A stretch of 64,000 bases of DNA, taken from positions 3,264,001 through 3,328,000 of the forward strand of contig CAVWVQ010000003.1 of assembly GCA_963758525.1 (NCBI GenBank). The letters are read 5' to 3'. The position numbers and the translations under genes were made by a program. Shown here in pieces: positions 33,250 to 42,184 of this stretch (position 1 is its first letter; every line of letters begins with the position of its first letter). The notes beneath the pieces were generated by a model. The model was given only the letters and a program-made list of their open reading frames with translations. It was not told where the DNA came from and searched no databases. The DNA is from an uncultured Phycisphaerales bacterium. Its GTDB lineage: Bacteria; Planctomycetota; Phycisphaerae; Tepidisphaerales; Tepidisphaeraceae.

Positions 33250-33368
33250 CTCATGGTTCGGAGGACGCGCGTCTGCTGATATTCCGGGAAATCGATTGGG
33301 GGACGGCCTGAAGACCGGGGTGCCGCCGAGAATCCCGGGTCGATGGTGATGAGATCGCTGGCGTCCAT
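33250..33368 (-). pseudogene. DUF433 antitoxin relic
   Basis: MDASDLITIDP, then (shifted) ILGGTPVFR, then …DFP…; the middle of the domain is missing. Confidence 0.6.
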
Positions 33369-33522
33369 GGCCCTGGATTGGCACGTCTCATGCGATGCGG
33401 CAAAACACGGTGCCGCAATGCCGGGCTGTCGGGTGTCACTCCGCAAATCGCTCCGCAGAGTTGCGTCTCCACTTCCTCCGTGCGACCATACCCGCCCGGT
33501 TTTTTTGAGGAACAGAGGATTC

Positions 33523-35658
33523 ATGGCGGCGATCAAGCTCCCGGATGGAAGCGTTAAAGAAGTCCCCGATGGAACAACGGTGGCGCAGCTTGCCGAGTCG
33601 ATCGGCAAGCGCCTCGCGCAGGCGGCCATCGTCGGCAAGGTCGACGGGAAACTCGTCGATCTGTCTCATCCGCTGACCGGCTCACACGAAGTTGCGATCA
33701 TTACCGAACGTGATCCGGATGGACTCTTCGTCATGCGCCACAGCACCGCCCACGTGCTCGCGCAGGCGCTGCGGCATCTCTATGGCAAGGATGTGCAATA
33801 CACGATCGGGCCCGTGATCGAGAACGGGTTCTTTTACGACTTCGAGCTGCCGAAGAGTTTCTCCGCGGAGGATCTGCCCAAGGTCGAGGCGGAGATGCAG
33901 AAGATCGTCGATCAGAATCAGCCGTTTCATCGGGAGGATGTGTCTCCCGGTACAGCGCGCGACCTGCTGCACGGGGAAAATCAGCGGTTTAAGGACGAGA
34001 TCATCAACGAACTCGAGCAGGGGGGTGAGAAGTCGGTCAGCACCTATCAGCAAGGCGACTTTCTGGATCTCTGTCGCGGGCCGCACGTGCCGGGCACGGG
34101 CAAAATCAAGGCGTTCAAGCTGCTGAGCGTGGCCGGTGCGTATTGGCGGGGCGACAGCACCCGCGAGCGCCTCACGCGCATCTACGGCACCAGCTTCTTC
34201 GACAAGAAGGAGTTGGAGAAGCATCTGCAACAGGCGGAGGAGGCGAAGCAGCGCGACCATCGCGTGGTCGGGCAGAAGCTGGGACTCTTTACCATCGACG
34301 ACCAGGTCGGCCAGGGATTGATTCTGTGGAAGCCCAAAGGGGCGATGGTGCGGATTCTGCTGCAGGAGTTTCTGCAGGCGGAATTGTTTCGCCGCGGGTA
34401 TGAGATGGTCTATACACCCCACATCGGCCGGGTGGAGCTTTACAAAACGAGCGGGCATTATCCGTATTACGAAGAGAGCCAGTTTCCCACGATGCAGTTG
34501 TTGCGGGAGTCGGCGTTCCCGCTGGTGATTGCGCTGCGGGATGTGCGCGACGGGAAGCGCCAGCCGCTTTCGCGCGATGAGGAGACGGCGCTGGTGAAGC
34601 AGGCGGGGATCGACGCGGCCAAATATCCGTGGGATCAGACCGATCCGGCGCTGCGATACTCCTTCGCGCGGGCAATGAGCCAGTCGGGCGAGGATTATCT
34701 GCTCAAGCCGATGAACTGCCCGCATCACATCAAGATTTACGCCAGCGAGGCGCGCAGCTATCGCGGCCTGCCGCTTCGGCTGGCGGAGTTTGGAACGGTC
34801 TATCGCTTCGAGCAGTCCGGCGAGCTTTCCGGTCTCACCCGCGTGCGCGGCTTCACGCAGGACGACGCCCACATCTTCTGCACCCACGAGCAGGTCAAAG
34901 GCGAATTCCGTTCGACGATCGAACTCGTGCAGTTCGTCTTCAAATCGCTCGGCTTCAATGACGTGCAGATCCGCCTGAGCAAGCACGATCCCAAGAGCGA
35001 GAAATTCGCCGGCAACAAAGCCGTCTGGCTGCAGGCGGAAGGGGAGATCCGCGACGTGCTGGTCGATATGAAGGTGGATTTCGAGGAAGCCGAGGGGGAG
35101 GCGGCGTTCTACGGGCCCAAGGTGGATTTTCTGGTTCGAGACGTCATCGGCCGAAAATGGCAGCTTGGAACGGTGCAACTGGACTACGTGCTTCCAGAGC
35201 GATTCGCGCTGGAATACACCGGCTCGGACAATCACGCCCATCGCCCGGTGATGATTCACCGCGCTCCGTTTGGCAGCATGGAGCGATTCATGGGAATCCT
35301 CATCGAGCACTTCAACGGCGCGTTTCCGCTGTGGCTCGCGCCGGTGCAGGTGGCGGTTCTCTCGATCAGCGAGAAGCACAACGCATATGCCGAGGAAGTC
35401 TACAAGAGCCTGAAAGTGGCGGGCCTGCGGGCAGTCGCGGATCTGGGAGCCGACAAGATCGGCTCGAAGATCCGCCTGGCGACGATCGGGAAGACGCCGT
35501 TGATGCTCGTCATCGGCGAGAAAGAGGAAACCGACAAAACGGTGACAGTTCGTCCGTACTTCGACGTACCGGACGCCATCCGCGGCGCCATGTCGCTCCA
35601 GGAGTTCGTCGATCAGACGGCCGCGAAGGTGTCTGAGCGGTGGCATCCCTCGAAATGA
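33523..35658 (+). CDS. thrS: Threonine--tRNA ligase
   Basis: TGS domain, RHSTAH, DLCRGPH, RDHR, LKPMNCPHH, RVRGFTQDDAHIFC, GEAAFYGPK, HRAPFGSMERF. Confidence 0.98.
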   Translation: MAAIKLPDGSVKEVPDGTTVAQLAESIGKRLAQAAIVGKVDGKLVDLSHPLTGSHEVAIITERDPDGLFVMRHSTAHVLAQALRHLYGKDVQYTIGPVIENGFFYDFELPKSFSAEDLPKVEAEMQKIVDQNQPFHREDVSPGTARDLLHGENQRFKDEIINELEQGGEKSVSTYQQGDFLDLCRGPHVPGTGKIKAFKLLSVAGAYWRGDSTRERLTRIYGTSFFDKKELEKHLQQAEEAKQRDHRVVGQKLGLFTIDDQVGQGLILWKPKGAMVRILLQEFLQAELFRRGYEMVYTPHIGRVELYKTSGHYPYYEESQFPTMQLLRESAFPLVIALRDVRDGKRQPLSRDEETALVKQAGIDAAKYPWDQTDPALRYSFARAMSQSGEDYLLKPMNCPHHIKIYASEARSYRGLPLRLAEFGTVYRFEQSGELSGLTRVRGFTQDDAHIFCTHEQVKGEFRSTIELVQFVFKSLGFNDVQIRLSKHDPKSEKFAGNKAVWLQAEGEIRDVLVDMKVDFEEAEGEAAFYGPKVDFLVRDVIGRKWQLGTVQLDYVLPERFALEYTGSDNHAHRPVMIHRAPFGSMERFMGILIEHFNGAFPLWLAPVQVAVLSISEKHNAYAEEVYKSLKVAGLRAVADLGADKIGSKIRLATIGKTPLMLVIGEKEETDKTVTVRPYFDVPDAIRGAMSLQEFVDQTAAKVSERWHPSK

Positions 35659-35724
35659 ACTTTGTTCTCTTCGGTTCTGATCAAACTGAAAAACATCCCC
35701 CGCACCGCCGGAGTATAATTGAAA

Positions 35725-36873
35725 GTGACCCCGCCTCGTTTGCACTACCTGCTCTTCCTGACGCTCTGCACATTTGCCGTGATCAGCGCCGGTTGCGATC
35801 GGAAAGACCAGATCGAGACCTACTCGGTTCCAAAGACGCTGGCGGTATCTTCCGAACCGATTGCTGATGCGGGAGACACGATAGCCGCGCCGAAGTGGAC
35901 GGTGCCCGATGGCTGGACCTATGTCCCCGGGCGGGACATGCGGTATGCCAGCTTTCGAGTCTCCCAGGATCACCCCGACGTTGAGCTGACGGTGGTGCCG
36001 CTCGACTCTGCCGGTGGAACGTTGCTCGACAATTTGCACCGCTGGCAGAAGCAGCTTGGACTCGAACCGTCTCCGGTCGAAGATCTGAAAAAGATTATGA
36101 CCTCGGCCGATCTGTCGGGAACGCCCGCAGGCGTGTTCGACCTCACTGGCGCGGTTCCCTCGGACGGCACGCCGCAACAGCGCATGCTGGCAGCAATCGT
36201 GCCGCAGCCGACGCAGACATGGTTCTTCAAGCTCATGGGCCCGATCGACGTGGTCTCGGCACAGAAAGACAATTTCGACCGATTCATTCACTCGCTGAAG
36301 TTCGAGGGCGCGGCCCAGGAAGCCGGCGCGCCAGAGCCGGCCGAAGACGCGGTGCCCGCCACGCAGCAGAGTCCAATCAGCTACGTCGTCCCGGCCGGCT
36401 GGACCCAGCAGACGCAAGCCAATCAATTCCGCGTGGTCGCTTTCAACATTCCCGTTGGGAATCAGAGCGGAGCGGTTATCGTCGCGCGAATGCCCGTAAA
36501 TTCCGGCACCGTGCTCGACAACATCAATCGCTGGCGGCAGCAGGTGAATCTGCCCCCGCTGACGGATGAGGCGCAAATTCCCGCGCAGACGCTGAAAATC
36601 GGCGGGCTCGATGCAATGATGTGGGATATGCACGGCGACAATACGGCCCAGCCGCCGCATGATTCGGATTCGGCATCGCAGCAGGGAGACGCTGTGGCAG
36701 GGTCCGGGCTGCCCGAATCACAACGTGCCTCGTCGATCGTCGTGGCGATGCTGACGCGCGGGTCGGAATGGTGGTTCTTCAAGCTCCAGGGGCCGGCTGC
36801 GATTGTGACGGCGCAAAAAGAGACATTCATGACATTTCTTCAATCCGTTCAGTTTTCGGATGCTGCACCGTGA
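35725..36873 (+). CDS. Lipoprotein with internally duplicated domain, coupled to the cytochrome c biogenesis gene
   Basis: Lipobox ISAGC; two copies of VP.GW…R..F…LDN..RW..Q…WFFKL.GP…F..S..F; stop overlaps the next GTG. Confidence 0.8.
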   Translation: MTPPRLHYLLFLTLCTFAVISAGCDRKDQIETYSVPKTLAVSSEPIADAGDTIAAPKWTVPDGWTYVPGRDMRYASFRVSQDHPDVELTVVPLDSAGGTLLDNLHRWQKQLGLEPSPVEDLKKIMTSADLSGTPAGVFDLTGAVPSDGTPQQRMLAAIVPQPTQTWFFKLMGPIDVVSAQKDNFDRFIHSLKFEGAAQEAGAPEPAEDAVPATQQSPISYVVPAGWTQQTQANQFRVVAFNIPVGNQSGAVIVARMPVNSGTVLDNINRWRQQVNLPPLTDEAQIPAQTLKIGGLDAMMWDMHGDNTAQPPHDSDSASQQGDAVAGSGLPESQRASSIVVAMLTRGSEWWFFKLQGPAAIVTAQKETFMTFLQSVQFSDAAP

Positions 36874-39857
36874 ACGAAACGCTCAAACAGATTCTCAAGC
36901 CGCTCGCGTCGCTCCGGCTCACGGTCGTGCTGCTGGCGATGTCGATGGTCCTCATCTTCGCCGGGACCTGGGCGCAAATTGACTCCGACATCGTCGTCGT
37001 GCAGCACAAGATGTTTCACGCCTGGTTCTGCTGGATCCCGTTCGCCCTGTTCTGGTGGCGGCGGCCGACGGGCGGGCTCGCGTTCCCCGGGGAAATTCCA
37101 TTTGTCGGCGGCTACACGCTGATCGCCGCCCTGCTCATCAATCTGCTGGCGGCCCACTCGGTCCGTTTCAAGCTCACCTGGAAACGCGCGGGAATCATCC
37201 TGATTCATCTCGGCCTGATCACGCTCCTCTGCAGTGAAGTCCTCACCACCTGGTTCGCCGAGGAGGGGACCATGCGACTGACGACGAACATGGCGCAAAA
37301 CTATGTCGAGGACATTCGCCGCAGCGAGTTGGCGATCGTTGACTCTTCCGCGAAAGATCACGACGACGTGACCGTCATCCCCGCTTCGCTGTTCGACAAG
37401 CCGGGGACAAACCTTCACGACCCGCGGCTGCCCTTTGATGTTCAGGTGGACGACTATTACGAAAATTCGCAACTGCTCGGTCCATTTCAGGACGGCCCAA
37501 AGCCCGATCCCCGCGTGGACGCGGGGACTGAGGTCGGGCGTCGCATCGTCAAAGCCGCGCCAACCAGTGGCGTGGGCGCCGATGCCGACAAAGTGAACCA
37601 GCCTGCGGCGATCGTTACCCTCAGCAGCGGCGGCAAGGGGTTGGGCACATACCTGGTGTCCTCGTGGGCCGATGCGCCGCAGCCGGTCGCTCTTCCTGAT
37701 GGTCGGTCGTTCACGATCGATTTGCGGTTTGTCCGGACATACAAGCCATACACGCTCAAGCTGCTCAAATTCACCCACGAGAAGTACGTCGGCTCCGACA
37801 TCGACAAGAATTTCGCCAGCCGTGTGCAGTTGGTCGACCCGTCGCGCAACGTCAATCTGGAAGCGCTCATCTGGATGAATCATCCGTTGCGGTATGACTC
37901 GCAGACGTTCTACCAGGCCGGCTTTGACGAGCACCGGGCCGATCTGACGACGATTCAGATCGTGAAGAATCGCAACTGGCTGTTGCCGTACATTGCGCTG
38001 GGAATCGCGATCATTGGACTGCTGACGCATTTTGGAATGACGCTGATTCGTTTCCTTGGCCGGCAACTGAGCAGTGTGCCGGCGGCGCCGGGAGCGCACG
38101 TCAGTTCCTCCTCACCCGGCTGGGCAAACACCATCGCGATCGCGGCGCCTCTGGTTTGTGCTTTGATCCTGATCGCGGCAAGCCTTCCGCGCGACAATCC
38201 GGACGATCATGCGTTCGATCTGAACGCCTTCGGCCGGCTTCCAATCAGCTTTGACGGGCGGGTGATGCCGCTTGATTCGCTCGCGCGAACGAGCCTGAAA
38301 ATCATTCACGGCCGAGAGGCATTGGATGATATCAACAAGCACCGCGTGCCCCCGATCGAATGGCTCGCCGATCTGCTGAGCAACTCGGAGAAGACCAACA
38401 TCTACCCCGTTTTCCTTGTCGACAATCCCGACGTGCTGAACACCACCGGTCTCGACCCCGGCCGAAAATATTTCTCCGCGGATGATCTGATCGCCCACGA
38501 GAAGACGCTGCTCCCCGAATTGCAGCGCGTCATGAAGCGAGCCAACGATGAAGGGACCGGGAAGTTCGACGTAACGGACAAGAAGCTTTTCGATCTGGCC
38601 GAGCATCTCGTTCTGCAGCGCAAGCTCGGCGGGCTTGGCGAGCTGTATCTCGTCCCGCCGATCGGCGGACGCGATCAGTGGCAGAAAGTGGACGACGCGG
38701 TGCTCGAGACGCAGAAGACCGGAAAGTCGCCCGAAAGCCTCCGGTCGTTCATGGATATTCTGAAGCACTATTCCGAGAATAAGCCCGCCGAGTTCAACAC
38801 TGCGGTCGCCGCATATCACGACACGCTCGAGCAGAATCTTCCCGCGCAGCACAAGATCGATTCCGAGGCCTACTTCAACCGCTTCGATCCGTTCACGATC
38901 TGCCTGGTTCTCTACGTTGGCGTGCTGCTGTTGGCAATGATCTCCTGGCTCGTCTGGCAGCGACCGCTCTCAACCGCGGCGCTGAGCCTGATGGCGTGCG
39001 CTTTTCTCCTGCACACCACGGCGCTGATCTGGCGCATGGTGCTTTCCGGACGCCCGCCGGTCACCAATCTCTACTCTTCGGCGCTCTTCATCGCCTGGGG
39101 CGGGGTGCTGCTGTGCCTGGCGCTCGAACTGCTCTATCGCAACGGCGTCGGAAGCGTCGTGGGCGCCACGATCGGGTTTGTCTCGCTTCTGGTTGCCAAC
39201 GCGCTGGCTGCCGAGGGGGACACGATGGAACAACTTCGGGCTGTCCTGGATACCAACGGCTGGCTCGCGACGCACGTGGTCTGCGTGACGATCGGGTATG
39301 CATCCACGTTCGTCGCCGGTCTTCTGGGAGTTGTTTACATCTATCGCGGCCTGGTCTCCGCTCAGTTTGACGCCGACCAGCGCAAGGCCGTGAGCCGAAT
39401 GATCTATGGCATTGTCTGTTACGCGCTGCTGTTCAGCTTCGTCGGCACGATCCTCGGCGGGATCTGGGCCGATCAGTCGTGGGGGCGATTTTGGGGATGG
39501 GACCCCAAGGAAAATGGTGCAATCCTCATCGTTCTCTGGAATGCGATTATTTTGCACTCACGTTGGGGTGGCCTGGTGCGCGAACGCGGCATGGCGGTGC
39601 TCGCGGTGGGCGGCAACATCGTCACAAGCTGGTCTTGGTTCGGCACCAATATGCTGGGCGTCGGCCTGCACAGCTACGGGTTTACCGACAGCAGCCGGGA
39701 ACTGATCCTGATTGCCTTCATGATCTCCCAATTGCTGATCATTGGCATCGGACTCATCCCTACGGTAAGCTGGAAAAGCTATGCCGTTGATGCGGCACCG
39801 AGCTTTCCGGTCGGCCGTCCGAAAGGCGGCCTGCGCCCTGAGCCGGCATCTGTCTGA
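36870..39857 (+). CDS. ccsA: Fused system II cytochrome c synthase (ResB/CcsB-like + CcsA)
   Basis: LASLRLTVVLL, IHLG, MNHPLRY; C-terminal GRPPVTNLY, WLATHV, GGIWADQSWGRFWGWDPKE (WWD domain), GLHSYG. Confidence 0.92.
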   Translation: MNETLKQILKPLASLRLTVVLLAMSMVLIFAGTWAQIDSDIVVVQHKMFHAWFCWIPFALFWWRRPTGGLAFPGEIPFVGGYTLIAALLINLLAAHSVRFKLTWKRAGIILIHLGLITLLCSEVLTTWFAEEGTMRLTTNMAQNYVEDIRRSELAIVDSSAKDHDDVTVIPASLFDKPGTNLHDPRLPFDVQVDDYYENSQLLGPFQDGPKPDPRVDAGTEVGRRIVKAAPTSGVGADADKVNQPAAIVTLSSGGKGLGTYLVSSWADAPQPVALPDGRSFTIDLRFVRTYKPYTLKLLKFTHEKYVGSDIDKNFASRVQLVDPSRNVNLEALIWMNHPLRYDSQTFYQAGFDEHRADLTTIQIVKNRNWLLPYIALGIAIIGLLTHFGMTLIRFLGRQLSSVPAAPGAHVSSSSPGWANTIAIAAPLVCALILIAASLPRDNPDDHAFDLNAFGRLPISFDGRVMPLDSLARTSLKIIHGREALDDINKHRVPPIEWLADLLSNSEKTNIYPVFLVDNPDVLNTTGLDPGRKYFSADDLIAHEKTLLPELQRVMKRANDEGTGKFDVTDKKLFDLAEHLVLQRKLGGLGELYLVPPIGGRDQWQKVDDAVLETQKTGKSPESLRSFMDILKHYSENKPAEFNTAVAAYHDTLEQNLPAQHKIDSEAYFNRFDPFTICLVLYVGVLLLAMISWLVWQRPLSTAALSLMACAFLLHTTALIWRMVLSGRPPVTNLYSSALFIAWGGVLLCLALELLYRNGVGSVVGATIGFVSLLVANALAAEGDTMEQLRAVLDTNGWLATHVVCVTIGYASTFVAGLLGVVYIYRGLVSAQFDADQRKAVSRMIYGIVCYALLFSFVGTILGGIWADQSWGRFWGWDPKENGAILIVLWNAIILHSRWGGLVRERGMAVLAVGGNIVTSWSWFGTNMLGVGLHSYGFTDSSRELILIAFMISQLLIIGIGLIPTVSWKSYAVDAAPSFPVGRPKGGLRPEPASV

Positions 39858-39945
39858 TGTGAAGACAATAACGCGATTCAATTCAAAGCTGAATTTTGAA
39901 TTCGCCAAATATGACGTAGATTGAGGGGAACAGCCGCTTCCCCTT

Positions 39946-40257
39946 ATGCTCACCAATATCCACCTATCCCCATCAGCCCTTCGGATACTCCTGGCCATTG
40001 TGAATTTTGGCATTGGCGTTGCCGGCATCATTTACATCCGGATTATTGCCCGTGACATGCGCTGGTCGCGGTCCAATAAACGCTTTGTCACCCGCGACCC
40101 CCAGCCGGAGTTATTCTGGCTGAAGCTCGTGTTCGGTAGTCTGGCAATCACCTTCACGTTCGCGATCGGACTGCTGCTCCTGTTTCCACCGTCCTACCGG
40201 ATATCCCACTGGAACCCCATCCGATTGCCGCAGTTGGACAACGCAAAACAGCGTTAG
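39946..40257 (+). CDS. Small two-TM hypothetical protein
   Basis: Two hydrophobic segments flanking VTRDPQPELFW; lower GC than neighbours. Confidence 0.55.
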   Translation: MLTNIHLSPSALRILLAIVNFGIGVAGIIYIRIIARDMRWSRSNKRFVTRDPQPELFWLKLVFGSLAITFTFAIGLLLLFPPSYRISHWNPIRLPQLDNAKQR

Positions 40258-40311
40258 CGCTTCCGAGAACGGCTTTCGCCCGAGCCGCTCGAATTTTTTC
40301 TTCTTTTTTGC

Positions 40312-40355
40312 TTGCTAGTCCGGTAACTGTTAGGTATACTAATCCCTAACAAGTT
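40312..40355 (+). promoter_or_regulatory. Sigma70-type promoter with overlapping palindromic operator
   Basis: TTGCTA (40312-40317), 17 nt, TATACT (40335-40340); TGTTAGG-N10-CCTAACA (40328-40351). Confidence 0.65.
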
Positions 40356-40387
40356 GGCGATGGATTCGCCACGGGAGCGGCAAACTC

Positions 40388-40975
40388 ATGATGACTGTGC
40401 GACATCTTGAACGGCAATGGACGGCCAGGCAATACACCAAACTGCTGGAGGGTCTGCTCGAGGCCCGCGCTGAGGCGGCGTTTCAATTCGATTCTCATGC
40501 ATCGCAAGCAGCGCGTGCGGCGGCGCTGGCGCTGATTCGTCTGGAAGAGTTAGACCAAGGCCACGTGCCGCTGGCGGCATCGCTGCGGCGAGCGCTGTTG
40601 GCGATGCAGGAATCGGATGGGGGATGGGGCGATCCCGCGGTCAGCGCGCTGTGTCTGCGGGCGCTGTTGCTGGGGAAGGGCGGCGGACCAGCTATCGAGC
40701 GGGGGTTGACGTATGTTGCCAATCTGCAACAGGCAGACGGGATTTGGCCTGCGGGTCCCATCCGCCGGATGCCGGCCGATTCGGCGACTTCGGCGTTTAT
40801 CCTGGCGCAGCTTGTCGAGCAGCCGCGCTTTCGCCAGTTGGTTCGCGTTGATGACGCGGTTGCCTGGTTCGCCCGCCATCGCGGATGCCTTGATTCGCAA
40901 ACCGCACAAATGTGGGATCGTCTGCGTGCCCGCTGTCAGCCGCAGCTTAATTCCGGGGCGTTGCTGTTTAGTTGA
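40388..40975 (+). CDS. Prenyltransferase/squalene-cyclase QW-repeat protein
   Basis: LLAMQESDGGWG and GLTYVANLQQADGIWP QW motifs. Confidence 0.7.
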   Translation: MMTVRHLERQWTARQYTKLLEGLLEARAEAAFQFDSHASQAARAAALALIRLEELDQGHVPLAASLRRALLAMQESDGGWGDPAVSALCLRALLLGKGGGPAIERGLTYVANLQQADGIWPAGPIRRMPADSATSAFILAQLVEQPRFRQLVRVDDAVAWFARHRGCLDSQTAQMWDRLRARCQPQLNSGALLFS

Positions 40976-41002
40976 TTAGAGCTGGAGCGACGTCGTCCAT
41001 TA

Positions 41003-41055
41003 TGGTGCGGGCTTCCAGCCTGCTGGTTGAAGCAGGCTGGAAGCCTGCACCACAA
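41003..41055. repeat. REP-like hairpin (TGGTGCGGGCTTCCAGCCTGC family) between convergent genes
   Basis: 21-nt arms at 41003-41023 and 41032-41052; the left arm is identical to 8709-8729. Confidence 0.8.
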
Positions 41056-41081
41056 ACGCCGACATCAACTCGAAAACTGTT

Positions 41082-42080
41082 CTACGAGGCCCGCGCGACG
41101 GCCGTCGGCGGAGCGGGGATCTTCAGAATCTCGCCGAGCTTGAGCTTGCCCTTGTTCGGGCCAATCTTGTCTTTATTCAGCTCGTACAGGTGATCGGCCT
41201 CTTCGCCGGAGCCATAGAGACGCATCGAAATCTTGTAGAGGCTGTCGCCGGAAACCACGCGATACTCTTTCTGGGCGTCTGACGCCGGCACGACGGTCTT
41301 GCCGGCGTCGGATGCTCCGCCTGCGGCAGGCTTCTGGGCGCTCTTGCTCGATGACTTCAGCTCTGACGCGTCGGGGAGATTGATGACCGTTCCGGGCCGC
41401 AGGCGGTTTGGGTTGATCTTTGGATTCGCCTGGGCGATCTGATCGTAATACCGCGAATCACCGTAGACCGCCTTGGAGATCGATGCGAACGTCTCGCCGC
41501 GCGCAACCTTGTGCGTGCGAGCTCCTGGCGATGCGGGGGTGTCCACCGGCGCCGGCTTGCTGTTGTCAGCCGCAACAGGCTGATCAACCGGGCTGGCGGA
41601 TGCTGGGGGATTGGTCGTCGAGCCCGCATCGGGAGCGGGGAGCTGCTGGCTCAGTGGCAGCACCGCGCTGACGACCGGGATATTGGGGTCGGGCGACTGT
41701 GTTACCACCGGCGATGCGGACGAATTGTTGGCATCGGAGGCGACGGGCGCGGGCGTATTGCCGGCAAGCAGACCGACCCAGTCGGTGTTCTTTTTTGCGT
41801 CTGCCGCGGGCACCGGCGCAGGCGTATCCGTTGCCTCCTGCGGCACGGGCGCGATGATCGGCGGCGGGAGGGTAATGCTGGCGCTGGTTTCCGGCACGGG
41901 AGCCGGCGGCGTCGTCGGAGCGGGGATGTCGCTCCCCGAATTCGCCCCGGTCTTATCGAGCGTCACCTGGTTGTTGTGTTTCTTGGAGCCGCTGACGACG
42001 ACTCCCCAGACGATCAGCACCGCCAGAAGCACTCCCCCGATCGCCAGTCCAATATGCAGGTCTTTTCGCACGGTGGGCAT
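41082..42080 (-). CDS. Membrane-anchored protein with two LysM domains
   Basis: N-terminal TM, Pro/Ala linker, HKVARGETFASISKAVYG…IAQANP and YRVVSGDSLYKIS…LKIP. Confidence 0.9.
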   Translation of the reverse strand: MPTVRKDLHIGLAIGGVLLAVLIVWGVVVSGSKKHNNQVTLDKTGANSGSDIPAPTTPPAPVPETSASITLPPPIIAPVPQEATDTPAPVPAADAKKNTDWVGLLAGNTPAPVASDANNSSASPVVTQSPDPNIPVVSAVLPLSQQLPAPDAGSTTNPPASASPVDQPVAADNSKPAPVDTPASPGARTHKVARGETFASISKAVYGDSRYYDQIAQANPKINPNRLRPGTVINLPDASELKSSSKSAQKPAAGGASDAGKTVVPASDAQKEYRVVSGDSLYKISMRLYGSGEEADHLYELNKDKIGPNKGKLKLGEILKIPAPPTAVARAS

Positions 42081-42142
42081 CCTTTCCCAATCGAATGAGT
42101 TGTTTGCAGCGTTGAACAATCCCGCGACACACGCTGCGAAAT

Positions 42143-42170
42143 CCGTTTAGCTGCTGCCCCAAGGGCAGCG
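42143..42170. repeat. CCGTTTAGC.GCTGCCCC.AGGGCAGCG hairpin repeat, copy 1
   Basis: 26/28 identical to 46083-46110. Confidence 0.75.
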
Positions 42171-42184
42171 CGTCTTCGCAATCT

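Noticed and set aside
34495..34690. Intein in thrS (also considered for the livF insert)
   Set aside because: Too short, and lacks the C/S start and HN-C/S/T end motifs.
33682..36660. 992-aa antisense ORF (and similar shadow ORFs such as 1316..2728 and 23146..24198)
   Set aside because: They lie opposite well-supported genes and have no motifs; expected from high-GC codon bias.
40356..40398. Fluoride riboswitch (GGCGATGG..TTCGCC…TGATGAC)
   Set aside because: No downstream complement for the pseudoknot and no fluoride-related gene follows; a simple GGA-loop hairpin fits better.
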